This document shows positions 52,789-62,502 of a stretch of DNA of 64,000 nucleotides, piece after piece. Both the position numbers and the translations under genes were made by a program. The stretch lies in assembly GCA_036004685.1 (NCBI GenBank), contig DASYRE010000023.1:4305-68304 (forward strand), in the 5' to 3' direction. Under the pieces are notes generated by a model, which saw only the letters and a program-made list of their open reading frames with translations, made no database searches and was not told the origin of the DNA. This DNA is from Candidatus Polarisedimenticolia bacterium (GTDB lineage: Bacteria > Acidobacteriota > Polarisedimenticolia > Gp22-AA2 > AA152). Every line of letters begins with the position of its first letter. Position 1 is the stretch's first letter.

Positions 52789-53577
52789 ATGAGCCTTCTT
52801 TCAGCATGCAAGACCTTCCCAGTCCCGTTCACGATGATTCTCCTTTTCGCACGCAACGGAGCCGCCGGCGCGGACGATTCCTACGATCCCCATAAAGTCA
52901 TGCTGGCCCGGGCCCACTACGAGAAAGGACTGAAGCTGCTTCAAAAAGACAGTCGTCCCGACGCCGAAGTGGAATTCCAGGAATCGGTCCGCGTTTTTCC
53001 CGAGTTTGCGGACGGCTATATCCAGCTCGGGAACCTCGCCACGTTGCGGAAGGACTACTCAGCGAGTCTCGCGCATTACATGCGGGCGCGCACGGCGTTG
53101 CAAAACCTTCAGGGGATGTCTCGGCGGCAGGAACTGGAGCGCAGGAACCGCCTGCAGGAGAGCATGGACATCCTGAGGGCACGGATCGACCAGATGCGGA
53201 TGAGCCAACGCCCCACGGACCGCGGGGAGATCAGCGAGGCTATGGCACGCCTCGAGAAGCTCCAGCAGGAACAATCTAGAATCCTGGTTCGCGACGAGCA
53301 GCCGATCCCGCCGGAGATCCACTTCCTCATCGGCACGGCCCGGATGAATCTCGAGCAGTTCGATCAGGCGATCGAAGATTTCCGCCAGGCGCTGGCCGTC
53401 CGGCCGGCCTACGGCGAGGTCCACAACAACCTGGCGGTGATCTACCTCTACCGGAAGGACTATCCGCAGGCGTGGGACCACCTGCACGCCGCCGAGAAGG
53501 CGGGCGTGCGGATCAACCCCGAGTTCCGCGATGAGCTCGCGGCGGTCGCCCCCGAATCTCCTGCTCCGGCGCGTTGA
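52789..53577 (+). CDS. TPR-repeat protein
   Basis: ~5 TPR units (e.g. AHYEKGLKLL…, GYIQLGNLATLRKDYSASLAHY…, EVHNNLAVIYLYRKDYPQAWDHL). Start uncertain (ATG 52789 or later MIL…). Confidence 0.55.
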   Translation: MSLLSACKTFPVPFTMILLFARNGAAGADDSYDPHKVMLARAHYEKGLKLLQKDSRPDAEVEFQESVRVFPEFADGYIQLGNLATLRKDYSASLAHYMRARTALQNLQGMSRRQELERRNRLQESMDILRARIDQMRMSQRPTDRGEISEAMARLEKLQQEQSRILVRDEQPIPPEIHFLIGTARMNLEQFDQAIEDFRQALAVRPAYGEVHNNLAVIYLYRKDYPQAWDHLHAAEKAGVRINPEFRDELAAVAPESPAPAR

Positions 53578-53613
53578 CGCGCCGGCTCGGCGGGAGAACG
53601 CCGTCACCGGAGC

Positions 53614-55077
53614 CTATGGAACGCGCCGCGCCGCCTGAATCAGGGCCAGGATCGAAGTGTAAAGGTAGCCCGCCTGGAAGAGCAAAACGAACGGCAGCGA
53701 GGCGTAGATCCGGTGGGTGATCGCGTAGACGAGGACCCCGGTGAAATAGAGGCCCAGGGCCAGCTCGAGCGCGATCAAAGCCGAGAGCCTGCCAGGATAG
53801 GTGAGCGTGTCTCCCCGCAGCGCCTTCCCCTCGGCCCGCAGCTTCGGCGTGCGGACGAAGCCTGTCCGGCGGCCGGCGAGCGCCTCCAGGACCGCCCGCG
53901 TGTTGTTGAGGCACAGCCCCGCCCCCACCGCCATCAGGACCGGCAGATCGCGCAGCGAGCCTCGCCGTTCCGGCCGGACCTGCCGCTGTGAGAACAGATA
54001 GAAGGCGACCACCGAACCCGTGGCCAGGAGGAAGATCGGAAAGTCGAGGCCCAGAAGCGAGTTCCAGCGCATCCCTTGGCGCGCCAGCATGGCCGGAAAG
54101 AAGAGGATCGAGACGATCGTCATCAGGACGTAGGCGAAGTTGGCGGTCAGATGGAACACTGCCTCGCTCTTCACGCGGCCCGGCAGCGGGCTTCGCAGGA
54201 TGCGGGGCAGCACTTTCAGGGCGGTCTGGATCGAGCCCTTCGCCCAGCGGTGCTGCTGGCTCATGAAGGCGCCGATCTGCACGGGAAGCTCCGCGGGAGC
54301 GACCAGGTCCGGAAGGAAGACGAACCTCCATCCGAGGAGCTGCGCGCGGTAGGAAAGGTCGAGATCCTCGGTCAGGGTGTCGTGCTGCCATCCCCCCGCC
54401 GCCTCGATGCAGGAGCGCCTCCAGATCCCCGCCGTTCCGTTGAAGTTGAAGAATCGCCCGGAGCGGTTCCGCGCCGACTGCTCGACCAGGAAGTGCCCGT
54501 CGAGAAGGATCGACTGCACGCGGGTGAGCGTCGAGTAATCGCGGTTCAGGTGTCCCCAACGCGCCTGGACCATCCCCACCGCAGGATCCTCGAAGTGCGC
54601 CACGGCGCGCCGGGCGAAATCGGCCGGCGGCACGAAGTCGGCGTCGAAGATGGCGATCAGATCGCCGGTGGCTTCCCGCAGCCCCGCCGCCAGGGCTCCC
54701 GCCTTGTAGCCGTCACGCGAGGAGCGCCGCAGATGGCGGATTCGCAACCCCCGCGCCGCGTGCTCCTCGACTTTCCGGCGGCACAGATCGGCGGTTCCGT
54801 CGGTGGAGTCGTCCAGGACCTGGATCTCCAGACGGTCCTTCGGGTAGTCGAGCGCGCAGACGGCGTCGAGAAGGCGCTCGGCGACGAAGATCTCGTTGTA
54901 AAGCGGCAGCTGCACCGTGAGCGTGGGAAGCTCGAGAGGGCCGGGCGCCGCCGGAAACGGCCGGCGGCGATGCCGGCGGCAGAGCAGGACGAGGCCAAGA
55001 CGATGGAAACCGTAGACCGCCAGGAGTCCCATGCAGAGGAAGTACAGGACGAGGACTCCGATTGCGGGCAGGTTCAT
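53614..55077 (-). CDS. Processive family-2 glycosyltransferase (CESA/NodC-like, membrane-integrated)
   Basis: N-terminal TMs. DDSTDGT, DADF (DxD), TEDLDLSYR (TED), QQHRWAKG (QxxRW), C-terminal TM bundle. 487 aa. Confidence 0.85.
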   Translation of the reverse strand: MNLPAIGVLVLYFLCMGLLAVYGFHRLGLVLLCRRHRRRPFPAAPGPLELPTLTVQLPLYNEIFVAERLLDAVCALDYPKDRLEIQVLDDSTDGTADLCRRKVEEHAARGLRIRHLRRSSRDGYKAGALAAGLREATGDLIAIFDADFVPPADFARRAVAHFEDPAVGMVQARWGHLNRDYSTLTRVQSILLDGHFLVEQSARNRSGRFFNFNGTAGIWRRSCIEAAGGWQHDTLTEDLDLSYRAQLLGWRFVFLPDLVAPAELPVQIGAFMSQQHRWAKGSIQTALKVLPRILRSPLPGRVKSEAVFHLTANFAYVLMTIVSILFFPAMLARQGMRWNSLLGLDFPIFLLATGSVVAFYLFSQRQVRPERRGSLRDLPVLMAVGAGLCLNNTRAVLEALAGRRTGFVRTPKLRAEGKALRGDTLTYPGRLSALIALELALGLYFTGVLVYAITHRIYASLPFVLLFQAGYLYTSILALIQAARRVP

Positions 55078-55193
55078 GGGAGTGCTATCGTCGGGCCGCC
55101 GCGAGCCGGACGGTGAGCGGCCTCGCGCCGGATCCGCCTCGCCCTCGTGGAGAGCTTCGCCTGTTGCGCCGCCCGCTGGTCGCCGGTTTGCTG

Positions 55194-56597
55194 ATGGAGG
55201 CGGGCTTCGCCGCTCTCGCGGCGCCGGGCTTGTCGGTTCCGGCGCGCGTGGCGCTGCAGCTGGGGCTGTTCGTCGCCTATCTCGCCGCCCTGCGAGGCAT
55301 CGCGTGGCAAAGTATGGACGCCGCGCAATGGCGCGCGGCCCTCGCCCTGGCGGGGCTCTTCCGGCTGACGCTCGTGGTCGCCGCGCCGTTCTACTCCGAC
55401 GATCTGTACCGGTATCTCTGGGATGGAAGGGTGCAGGTCACGGGGCGCCTCAATCCCTACCGCTACGCCCCCGGCGACCCCGCGGTGGCTCCGCTCCGCA
55501 ATGAGATCTCTTCGCGCGTCAACCATCCGGAGATTCCTACCATCTATCCGCCCGTCGCCCAGTTTCTTTTCGCCCTGGTCGCGGCCGTGCGACAGTCAGC
55601 CGTGGCGATCAAATCGGCGCTCGCGCTCTGCGATCTGGCGCTGCTGGCGGTCCTTCTCAAGCTCCTGGCCCGGACGCGAATTCCGCGGGAGCAGTTGCTG
55701 ATTTACGCCTGGAACCCGCTCGTGATCGCCGAAGTCGCCGGCAATGGGCACGTCGACGTGCTGGCGGTCCTGCTGCTCATCGTGGCGATTCACCTGATTA
55801 TAGGAGAACGATCCCTGCTGTCAACCCTCGCGCTCGGGCTCGCCGCGGGCGCCAAGTTCGTGCCGTTCCTGGCATTTCCCGTCCTGCTGCGGCGCGTCCC
55901 GGCGCGCTTCCGCATCGTGCCGTTCGCCCTGTTCGGGACCGTCTATCTTCCTTATGCGGGAGCCGGCGCCGCCTTGTTCGGCGGATTGCGCGCCTACGCG
56001 GAGCGGTGGCGCCACAACGACTCGCTCTTCGCCTTGATTCTGGCCGCCCTGGAGTTCCTCGACCCGACCGAGGTCCTGAAGGCAGGCGTGGGATGGCTGC
56101 ACGAGCTGTTCAGCTACCCGCGGTGGATGCTGCCGATGTACACCTACGCCTACCCGGCCTATTGCGCGCGCCTCGTCGCTCTCGGGCTGGTCGCCGCGCT
56201 GGCGCTCGTCCTGGTCCGCAAGAAGGCCGATCCGATCCGCGGCACGTTCATGATCCTGGGATGGGCCCTGCTCCTGTCCCCGACGGTGCATCCCTGGTAC
56301 CTGCTCTGGATCGCCCCTTTCCTCGTCCTGCGTCCCAACCCGGCGTGGATTCTCCTGACGGGCTTGGTCCCGCTCAGCTACCTCGATCCGGCTCCGGTCG
56401 CGGAGGGGATCCCGCGGCCTCTCTGGATCCGGCTGGTGGAGTACGTCCCCTTCTTCATCCTGCTCGTGACGGGAGCGGCAATCTCCTACCGCCGCCGGGA
56501 TCCGGTCACCCTGTTCGGGCTGCGTCAATTCCCGCCGGGACTCGCGGGACGCTGGCCTGACGAAGCAAAGGGGGAAGGAGTCCCGCCGCCGGCTTGA
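55194..56597 (+). CDS. DUF2029/GT87-like polytopic membrane protein (putative glycosyltransferase)
   Basis: Signature SDDLYRYLWDGRV…GRLNPYRY near N-terminus, ≥10 TM helices. ATG at 55194 chosen because ORF track start 55062 overlaps the divergent GT2 gene. Confidence 0.65.
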   Translation: MEAGFAALAAPGLSVPARVALQLGLFVAYLAALRGIAWQSMDAAQWRAALALAGLFRLTLVVAAPFYSDDLYRYLWDGRVQVTGRLNPYRYAPGDPAVAPLRNEISSRVNHPEIPTIYPPVAQFLFALVAAVRQSAVAIKSALALCDLALLAVLLKLLARTRIPREQLLIYAWNPLVIAEVAGNGHVDVLAVLLLIVAIHLIIGERSLLSTLALGLAAGAKFVPFLAFPVLLRRVPARFRIVPFALFGTVYLPYAGAGAALFGGLRAYAERWRHNDSLFALILAALEFLDPTEVLKAGVGWLHELFSYPRWMLPMYTYAYPAYCARLVALGLVAALALVLVRKKADPIRGTFMILGWALLLSPTVHPWYLLWIAPFLVLRPNPAWILLTGLVPLSYLDPAPVAEGIPRPLWIRLVEYVPFFILLVTGAAISYRRRDPVTLFGLRQFPPGLAGRWPDEAKGEGVPPPA

Positions 56598-56616
56598 GAC
56601 GAGGAACCGCGAGGCC

Positions 56617-57204
56617 TCAGGGAGTCGGCTCCGAGGCGCTCACCTGCTGGGCGGCATGGGCCCTTCCGCAGGCCTTTCCGCACGCGTTATTGGGGAGGCC
56701 GGAGAGGCTCGAGCAGCAGGCGCGGCACTCGGGGACGGTCGGCAGGGCGGCGCAGTCGCTGAAATCCTCGGGTCCGATCGGGTTGCCCAGGTTGATGGAA
56801 GCGAGCGCCATCCGGGGATCGGCGGCGCGCAGCGCGAGGAGGCTCCCGAAAGTCGAGAGGATGGCCGCCGTCTTGCTTGACGAGAGGGGGCTCTCCGGGT
56901 GAGCGGTGAGCAGAGTGATGCCAACCTGGCGAAGGAACGCGGACATCTCCCCCTCGGTCAGCGGATCGGCAGGCTCGCCGTGGAGCTCGAGGCCGGCCCG
57001 GCGCAAGGAAGCGACGGCCGCGGAGGAGGTCATGGCGCCGCGGCGCGCCGGATCGGGCTCCGCGAGGCACGCCACCAGCAGGGCGAGCTCGCCGATCGTC
57101 ATGACCGGATCGGCGGGCGCCGCCGGAGGCGCAGCGCTCAGTGCGGGTGCCGAAAGCAAGAGGAGCGCCAGGAGAGCTGAGAACGCGGGACGGTGACGGT
57201 GCAT
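56617..57204 (-). CDS. Hypothetical secreted protein with Cys-rich C-terminus
   Basis: ATG at 57204 preceded by GGGGAGG. Signal peptide MHRHRPAFSALLALLLLSAPALSA. C-terminal CAALPTVPECRACCSSLSGLPNNACGKACGRA (7 Cys). Confidence 0.45.
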   Translation of the reverse strand: MHRHRPAFSALLALLLLSAPALSAAPPAAPADPVMTIGELALLVACLAEPDPARRGAMTSSAAVASLRRAGLELHGEPADPLTEGEMSAFLRQVGITLLTAHPESPLSSSKTAAILSTFGSLLALRAADPRMALASINLGNPIGPEDFSDCAALPTVPECRACCSSLSGLPNNACGKACGRAHAAQQVSASEPTP

Positions 57205-57513
57205 CGCGACCTCCCCGGAGGGGTGACATTGAGGTTTCGCGGGCCTCTCTGGCATCCAACAGCCGAATTGTCAACGGCCCGGCGAGACATTCGAGCGTCT
57301 ATGGAGCGGCAAGTGTCTCATCGCCGACTGTCAGTGTTACGTTAGCTCGCGGCGGCGGGCCGGACAATGAGGCATTCACTGAATCCGCTGTAGGGAGCGT
57401 CCTGAGTCAAACCCCTGGCGGCCGGGCAGTAGGCAGCCGGGTGAAAGCGCCGCGCGCCTGTGTTACGATGCGCCGCCGGATCCCCTTCCTGGAGAACGAT
57501 CTTGTCCTGGAGC

Positions 57514-58155
57514 ATGCGCCGTCGCGTCACCCGGCGCGCCGTGACCGCCTGGACGGCGGCGGCCTGGCTCGCGAGCGCCGCCCCCGCGGCGCCGGCTACG
57601 TCGCCGGCTCCGGCGGTGGCCCGTTTCCGGTTCGAGCCCTCGAGGAGCACCGTCCGCTTCGATGCCGACGCCACGACGCACGTCGTCCACGGCGTCTCCC
57701 ATGAGATGAGCGGCGAGGTCACTTTCGATCCGGAAGACCTCTCCCGGGCGGCGGCCGTCAAGTTTCGCCTGGCCTCGGCGAGCCTCGAAACCGGGAACAA
57801 GGTGCGGGATCGGAAGATGCGCGAGACCCACCTGGAGGCGGCGCGGTACCCGTTCATCGCCTTTCGATCGTCGAAGATCGCGGCGATCACGCCGACCCTG
57901 CGAGCGGGAGAGACCCAGGAGCTGAGCGTGGAAGGCACGCTCTCGCTCCATGGAGTGGAGCATCCGGTCGCTCTCGTCGTGAAGGCGGCGCGCACGGGGG
58001 GAGTGCTGCGCGTCACCGGGGAGACGACGCTGCGGCTGACCGATTACGCGATTCCAATCCCGAGGTTCCTGTTCTTCAAGATGAAGGACGAGGTCAAAGT
58101 CATGTTCGAGGCGGTGGCGATCGAAGTCTCCCCTCGCGAAGGCCCGCGCTCATGA
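57514..58155 (+). CDS. YceI-family periplasmic protein (polyisoprenoid-binding-like)
   Basis: Signal peptide (MRRRVTRRAVTAWTAAAWLASAAPA). YceI blocks …STVRFDADATTHVVHGVSHEMSGEVTFD…, …RYPFIAF…, …VEGTLSLHGVEHPV… Start could be earlier (57460). Confidence 0.7.
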   Translation: MRRRVTRRAVTAWTAAAWLASAAPAAPATSPAPAVARFRFEPSRSTVRFDADATTHVVHGVSHEMSGEVTFDPEDLSRAAAVKFRLASASLETGNKVRDRKMRETHLEAARYPFIAFRSSKIAAITPTLRAGETQELSVEGTLSLHGVEHPVALVVKAARTGGVLRVTGETTLRLTDYAIPIPRFLFFKMKDEVKVMFEAVAIEVSPREGPRS

Positions 58156-59678
58156 CGCAGGCGCCTGCCGGGCGGCACTGGGCCGACGAGATCGCCGACC
58201 GGCTCGCGGACCGGCCCGGTTCGCAGGAGATCTCCACCGGCATCTCGCCCTCCGGATCGATCCACCTCGGAAACCTGCGCGAGGTCATGACGGCCGACGT
58301 GGTCTACCGCGCCTTGAGGGAGCGCCGGAGCGACGTGGGTTTCCACTACGTCGCCGACAACTTCGACCCGCTGCGGCGCGTGTATCCCTTCCTCGATCCG
58401 GAGGTCTACGCGCCGCACGTCGGCAAGCCTCTCTCGGAGATCCCCTGTCCCTGCGGGGCGCACGCCGACTACGGCGAGCACTTCCTGCTTCCTTTCCTCG
58501 CGACGCTGCAGGAGCTGAAGATTGAGGTGCGGGTCTTCCGCGGCGATCAGCTCTACAAATCGGGGAGGATGAACCCGATGATCGTCGCCGCGCTCAAGGG
58601 ACGCGACGCGATCGCCCGGATCCTGCACGAGATGACCGGCAAGCAGATCGATCCCGGCTGGTCCCCCTTCGATCCCCTGTGTCCCGCGTGCGGCCGGATC
58701 ACCGAGACGGAGGTGACCGGCTACTCGGAGTCCGCCGGGACGATCGACTACCGCTGCGGCTGCGGATCGAAGGGGACGATCCCCATGGCCGGAGGCGGCA
58801 AGCTGACCTGGCGCGTCGATTGGCCGGCGCGATGGAAAATCCTGGGAGTCACGATCGAGCCCTTCGGGAAGGATCACGCTACCGCAGGCGGCTCCTACGA
58901 TACCGGCCGCCGGATCGTCAAGGAGGTCTTAGGCGGGGAGCCTCCCTATCCGATCACCTACGAATGGATCAGCCTGAAGGGGAAGGGCGACATGTCCTCT
59001 TCCAAGGGGAACGTCCTCTCGATCGACCGGATGCTGCGGGTCGTGCCGCCCGAGGTGCTGCGCTACCTGATCGTCCGGACGCCGCCGGCGAGGACGATCG
59101 CGTTCGATCCGGGGCTGCCGCTGCTCGCCCTGGTGGATGAGTACGACGACGTCGAGTCGGCCGGCCGCGATCTCCGGGCGCTGGCGCTGTGCCGCGCGTC
59201 GGACTACAAGCCGGTGGGCGTCCCGTTCAAGCATCTGGTGAGCGTGGTGCAGATGGCCAACTTCGACTTCGGGCAGGTGAAGGAGATCCTGCGCCGCGGC
59301 GGCTACGAGGTCCAGGACGAAGAGGCGCTGCGCGGCCGCGCGGAGTACGCCCGGCGCTGGCTGGAGGAATTCGCGCCCGAGGAGATGAAGTTCACGCTCA
59401 AGCCGGCGCTTCCCGCCGAAGCCGCGCGGCTCACCGAGCCGCAGAGGCGCTTCCTCTCGGCGGCCGCCGATCGGTTGAAGCCCGGGATGAAGGCGGAGGA
59501 GATCCACCAGGCCGTGTACGCCCTCGCGGGAGAGATGTCGCTCAAGCCGGCCGAGGCGTTTCAGGCGATCTACCTCGCCCTGCTCGGAACGCTCCGCGGC
59601 CCGCGGGTCGGCTGGTTCCTCGCCTTCCTCGATCATGACTTCGTGGTGAATCGCTTCCGCGAAGCATCCGGCAACTAA
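58152..59678 (+). CDS. lysK: Lysine--tRNA ligase, class I (archaeal-type LysRS)
   Basis: HIGH-type motif ISPSGSIHLGNLREV, KMSKS-type motif DMSSSKGNV, class-I Rossmann core, Zn-binding Cys cluster (CPCGA…CPACG…CGCG). ATG overlaps yceI stop (ATGA). Confidence 0.85.
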   Translation: MTQAPAGRHWADEIADRLADRPGSQEISTGISPSGSIHLGNLREVMTADVVYRALRERRSDVGFHYVADNFDPLRRVYPFLDPEVYAPHVGKPLSEIPCPCGAHADYGEHFLLPFLATLQELKIEVRVFRGDQLYKSGRMNPMIVAALKGRDAIARILHEMTGKQIDPGWSPFDPLCPACGRITETEVTGYSESAGTIDYRCGCGSKGTIPMAGGGKLTWRVDWPARWKILGVTIEPFGKDHATAGGSYDTGRRIVKEVLGGEPPYPITYEWISLKGKGDMSSSKGNVLSIDRMLRVVPPEVLRYLIVRTPPARTIAFDPGLPLLALVDEYDDVESAGRDLRALALCRASDYKPVGVPFKHLVSVVQMANFDFGQVKEILRRGGYEVQDEEALRGRAEYARRWLEEFAPEEMKFTLKPALPAEAARLTEPQRRFLSAAADRLKPGMKAEEIHQAVYALAGEMSLKPAEAFQAIYLALLGTLRGPRVGWFLAFLDHDFVVNRFREASGN

Positions 59679-59875
59679 ATAGAAGTCAGTGATTCGGGAT
59701 CATCGTAACTTACTGAAACAAGATCACTTGAAATGGCGTCCCTCATGCTGGAGAGGTCCGCGCGACGGAACCGGCGCCGGGACCGCTCTCCGGAGATGGC
59801 CCCTCTTGAATCCAGGTAGCTTCCGGCGAAGCTCAGGGTCGAGAGTGTGGGTCGATGTTCCAGAATCATCGACCG

Positions 59876-60056
59876 CTATTTAGTGTTGCGTTTCAGAAAT
59901 CGCGTTAACAACGAGGACGTCGAGGCGCCCGGATCGCAAGACGCGCCGGAGTGCCGCGTACCCAAAGTGGTACGCAAGCGACGGCGCAACGCAGCCAGCC
60001 GGGATGGATCGACGTCCGTACGTAACGGGATTTCTGGGACGCAACACTATTAATGC
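59876..60056. repeat. Low-GC (~50%) intergenic island bounded by ~21-bp imperfect inverted repeats TAGTGTTGCGTnnCAGAAATC
   Basis: 59879-59902 TTTAGTGTTGCGTTTCAGAAATCG versus reverse complement of 60029-60052 (GATTTCTGGGACGCAACACTATTA). Lies between convergent lysK and yihY. No ORF with coding bias inside. Confidence 0.35.
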
Positions 60057-60895
60057 GTTGCGGGCGGATGGCGGTCCCGGCGCATCGCCAGGACCGAATT
60101 CACTTCCGCCCCGAGAGCGAAGAGCGTCGCCGAGACGTGGAGCCAGAGAAGGACGGCGATGACCGAGCCGATCGACCCGTACAGCATCTTGCCGGTCGAG
60201 AGCGACGTGAGGTAGGACGCGAAGAGATATTTGGTGGCCTCCCAGAACGCGCCCGCGACCAGCGCCCCCACCCAGATGCGCGAAATCCTGCGGCGGACCG
60301 TCGGCCCGAACAGATAAAGCGTCAGGAAGAGCATGAAATTGAAGAGCACCCCCAGTCCGACGGTGCACAGCGTGAGCACCGCCGGCTCCCAGGCGGTCGG
60401 CAGGAAGGTGTGGTGGATCAGGGCGCGGACCAGCACGGGGCGCAGGCTCGTGAATCCCAGCGAAAGCGGGATGAACAGGAGCATGATGATCGCCAGCAGA
60501 ATCCCGAGAAGGCGGCGGCGCCAGAGAGGCCTCATCTTCGGCGCGTGATGAATCCGGTTCAGGATCTGCTGGAGCATGTCGAAGGCGGCGCTGGCGCCCC
60601 AAATCAGGAACAGCGTCCCGAACAGTCCGAGGCTCCGCCGGGCCCGGAGGATCCCGTCGAGCGACCGGCGGAGATACTCCGAGCTGAACGGCAGCAATCC
60701 GAGGATGTCGGCCGAGATCTTGGCGTACTCCCCTCCCATCCCGAACAGGATTCCGAGCGCGGAGACGACGAGCAGGAGGAGCGGAAAGAAGGAGAAGAAG
60801 GTGTAGTAGGCCAGGCTCGAGACCATGATCGAGACGTGGTCCTGGCGATACTTGTGGAACAGCTCCGAGAGGAATTCACGCAGCGTCGAGATCAT
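60050..60895 (-). CDS. YihY/BrkB family inner-membrane protein
   Basis: 281 aa, 6 TM helices. N-terminal …VSIMVSSLAYYTFFSFFPLLLLVVS…, GSIGSVIAVLLWLHVSATLFALGAEVN C-terminal block typical of YihY. Confidence 0.8.
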   Translation of the reverse strand: MISTLREFLSELFHKYRQDHVSIMVSSLAYYTFFSFFPLLLLVVSALGILFGMGGEYAKISADILGLLPFSSEYLRRSLDGILRARRSLGLFGTLFLIWGASAAFDMLQQILNRIHHAPKMRPLWRRRLLGILLAIIMLLFIPLSLGFTSLRPVLVRALIHHTFLPTAWEPAVLTLCTVGLGVLFNFMLFLTLYLFGPTVRRRISRIWVGALVAGAFWEATKYLFASYLTSLSTGKMLYGSIGSVIAVLLWLHVSATLFALGAEVNSVLAMRRDRHPPATH

Positions 60896-60979
60896 CGGGG
60901 TGCGATGCTAGCAGATTGACGCGGCGAAGTGCCATAATAGCGGCCTTCTATCGCTGCGAGTCGAAATCCGGAGGACGGT

Positions 60980-62437
60980 ATGCCCGACGCCATCCAGGGT
61001 CTGAAGCCGGAAGGGGTGTGGAAGTACTTCCGGGAGATTAGCAGGATTCCCCGCGGCTCGAAGAACGAGAAGCAGATCGCCGGCTACGTTATGGCGAAAG
61101 CGAAGGAGCTCGGCCTGGAAGCGAAGCAGGACAAGTTCATGAACGTGGTGGTGCGCAAGCCGGCCGCGTCCGGCCGGGAGCGGGTCGCGAGCGTCTGCCT
61201 GCAGGGGCACCTCGACATGGTCTGCGAGAAGAACAAGAACAAGACGCACGATTTCGAGAAGGACCCGATCGAGATCGTGCGCCAAGGCGACACGCTCATG
61301 GCGAACGGCACGACCCTGGGGGCCGACAACGGGATCGCCGTGGCCACGAACCTGGCGATCATGGCGGACCGGAGCCTCGTGCACGGGCCGCTCGAGTTCC
61401 TCTTCACGGTCGACGAGGAGACCGGGCTCACCGGCGCCAACAACCTCGCGCCGGGCTTTCTGAAGAGCCGGCGGCTGATGAACCTCGACTCCGAAGAGGA
61501 AGGGGCCTTGTACGTGGGGTGCTCCGGCGGCTGCACCACGGCCGGCCGTTGGTCCGTGGCGCTCCAGAACGCCCCGCGGGGCGCTCTTCCCATGATGCTG
61601 CACGTCAGAGGGCTCAAAGGAGGGCACTCCGGCCTCGAGATCGACAAGGGGCGGGGCAATTCGCTGAAGATCCTGAACCGCGTCCTCCTGGCCCTGCTGG
61701 ACGCGGGCGTTCGGATCTCCCGGATCGAAGGGGGCAACAAGAGCAACGCCATCCCGCGCGAGGCCGAAGCGCTGCTCTACGTGCCCGAATCGTCCCTCAG
61801 GAAGGCCAAGGCGATCGTCGAGAGGCTGAGGGAGGCCTGCCGGGCGGAGGTGTTCACCGTCGACCCCGACCTCGAGGTCCGGCTGGAGAAGGCGGAGGCT
61901 CCGAAGAAGGCGCGGGTGCTGAAGGATGCCGACGCGCGCCGGATCTGCCGGACGGTGGCGGCCCTGCCGCACGGAGTCACGAAGATGAGCGCCGACATCC
62001 CGGGGCTGGTCCAGACCTCCACGAACCTGGCCATCGCGCGGACGCGCGGCGCGACGGTCGAGGTGACGACGAGCCAGAGAAGCTCCGTCGCCTCCGAGAT
62101 CGAGGAGATCGTGCAGCGCGTCGGGATCATCTTCGAGCTGGGAGGGGCGAAGCCGGTCTTCACCGAAAGGTATCCGGGGTGGAAGCCGGACCTCGATTCG
62201 TCGATCCTGAAGATCGCGAAGACGACTTACCGGGAGCTGTACGGCAAGGACCCGGAGGTAAAGGCGATCCACGCCGGCCTCGAGTGCGGCATCATCGGAG
62301 AAAAGTACCCCGGGATCGACATGGTCTCCTTCGGGCCGACGCTCGAAGGGGTCCACTCGCCCGATGAGAAGATCTTCATCGGCAGCGTCGGGAGATTCTG
62401 GGAGTTCCTCCTGGCCGTTCTCAAGAACGTCAATTAG
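60980..62437 (+). CDS. pepD: Aminoacyl-histidine (Xaa-His) dipeptidase PepD, M20C family
   Basis: 485 aa. N-terminal VWKYFREISRIPRGSKNEKQI…, metal-binding LQGHLDMV, …DNGIAVA…, DEETGLTGA blocks. Confidence 0.85.
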   Translation: MPDAIQGLKPEGVWKYFREISRIPRGSKNEKQIAGYVMAKAKELGLEAKQDKFMNVVVRKPAASGRERVASVCLQGHLDMVCEKNKNKTHDFEKDPIEIVRQGDTLMANGTTLGADNGIAVATNLAIMADRSLVHGPLEFLFTVDEETGLTGANNLAPGFLKSRRLMNLDSEEEGALYVGCSGGCTTAGRWSVALQNAPRGALPMMLHVRGLKGGHSGLEIDKGRGNSLKILNRVLLALLDAGVRISRIEGGNKSNAIPREAEALLYVPESSLRKAKAIVERLREACRAEVFTVDPDLEVRLEKAEAPKKARVLKDADARRICRTVAALPHGVTKMSADIPGLVQTSTNLAIARTRGATVEVTTSQRSSVASEIEEIVQRVGIIFELGGAKPVFTERYPGWKPDLDSSILKIAKTTYRELYGKDPEVKAIHAGLECGIIGEKYPGIDMVSFGPTLEGVHSPDEKIFIGSVGRFWEFLLAVLKNVN

Positions 62438-62502
62438 CGGCTCTTCAAACGCCCGCTTCGCCCCCTTTGCTCGGCGCGGCGGCCGCCACTTCGGAGGGAA
62501 CG

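Noticed and set aside
53513-54559. 348-aa minus-strand ORF
   Set aside because: Alternate frame inside the GT2 gene, whose frame carries the DxD/QxxRW motifs.
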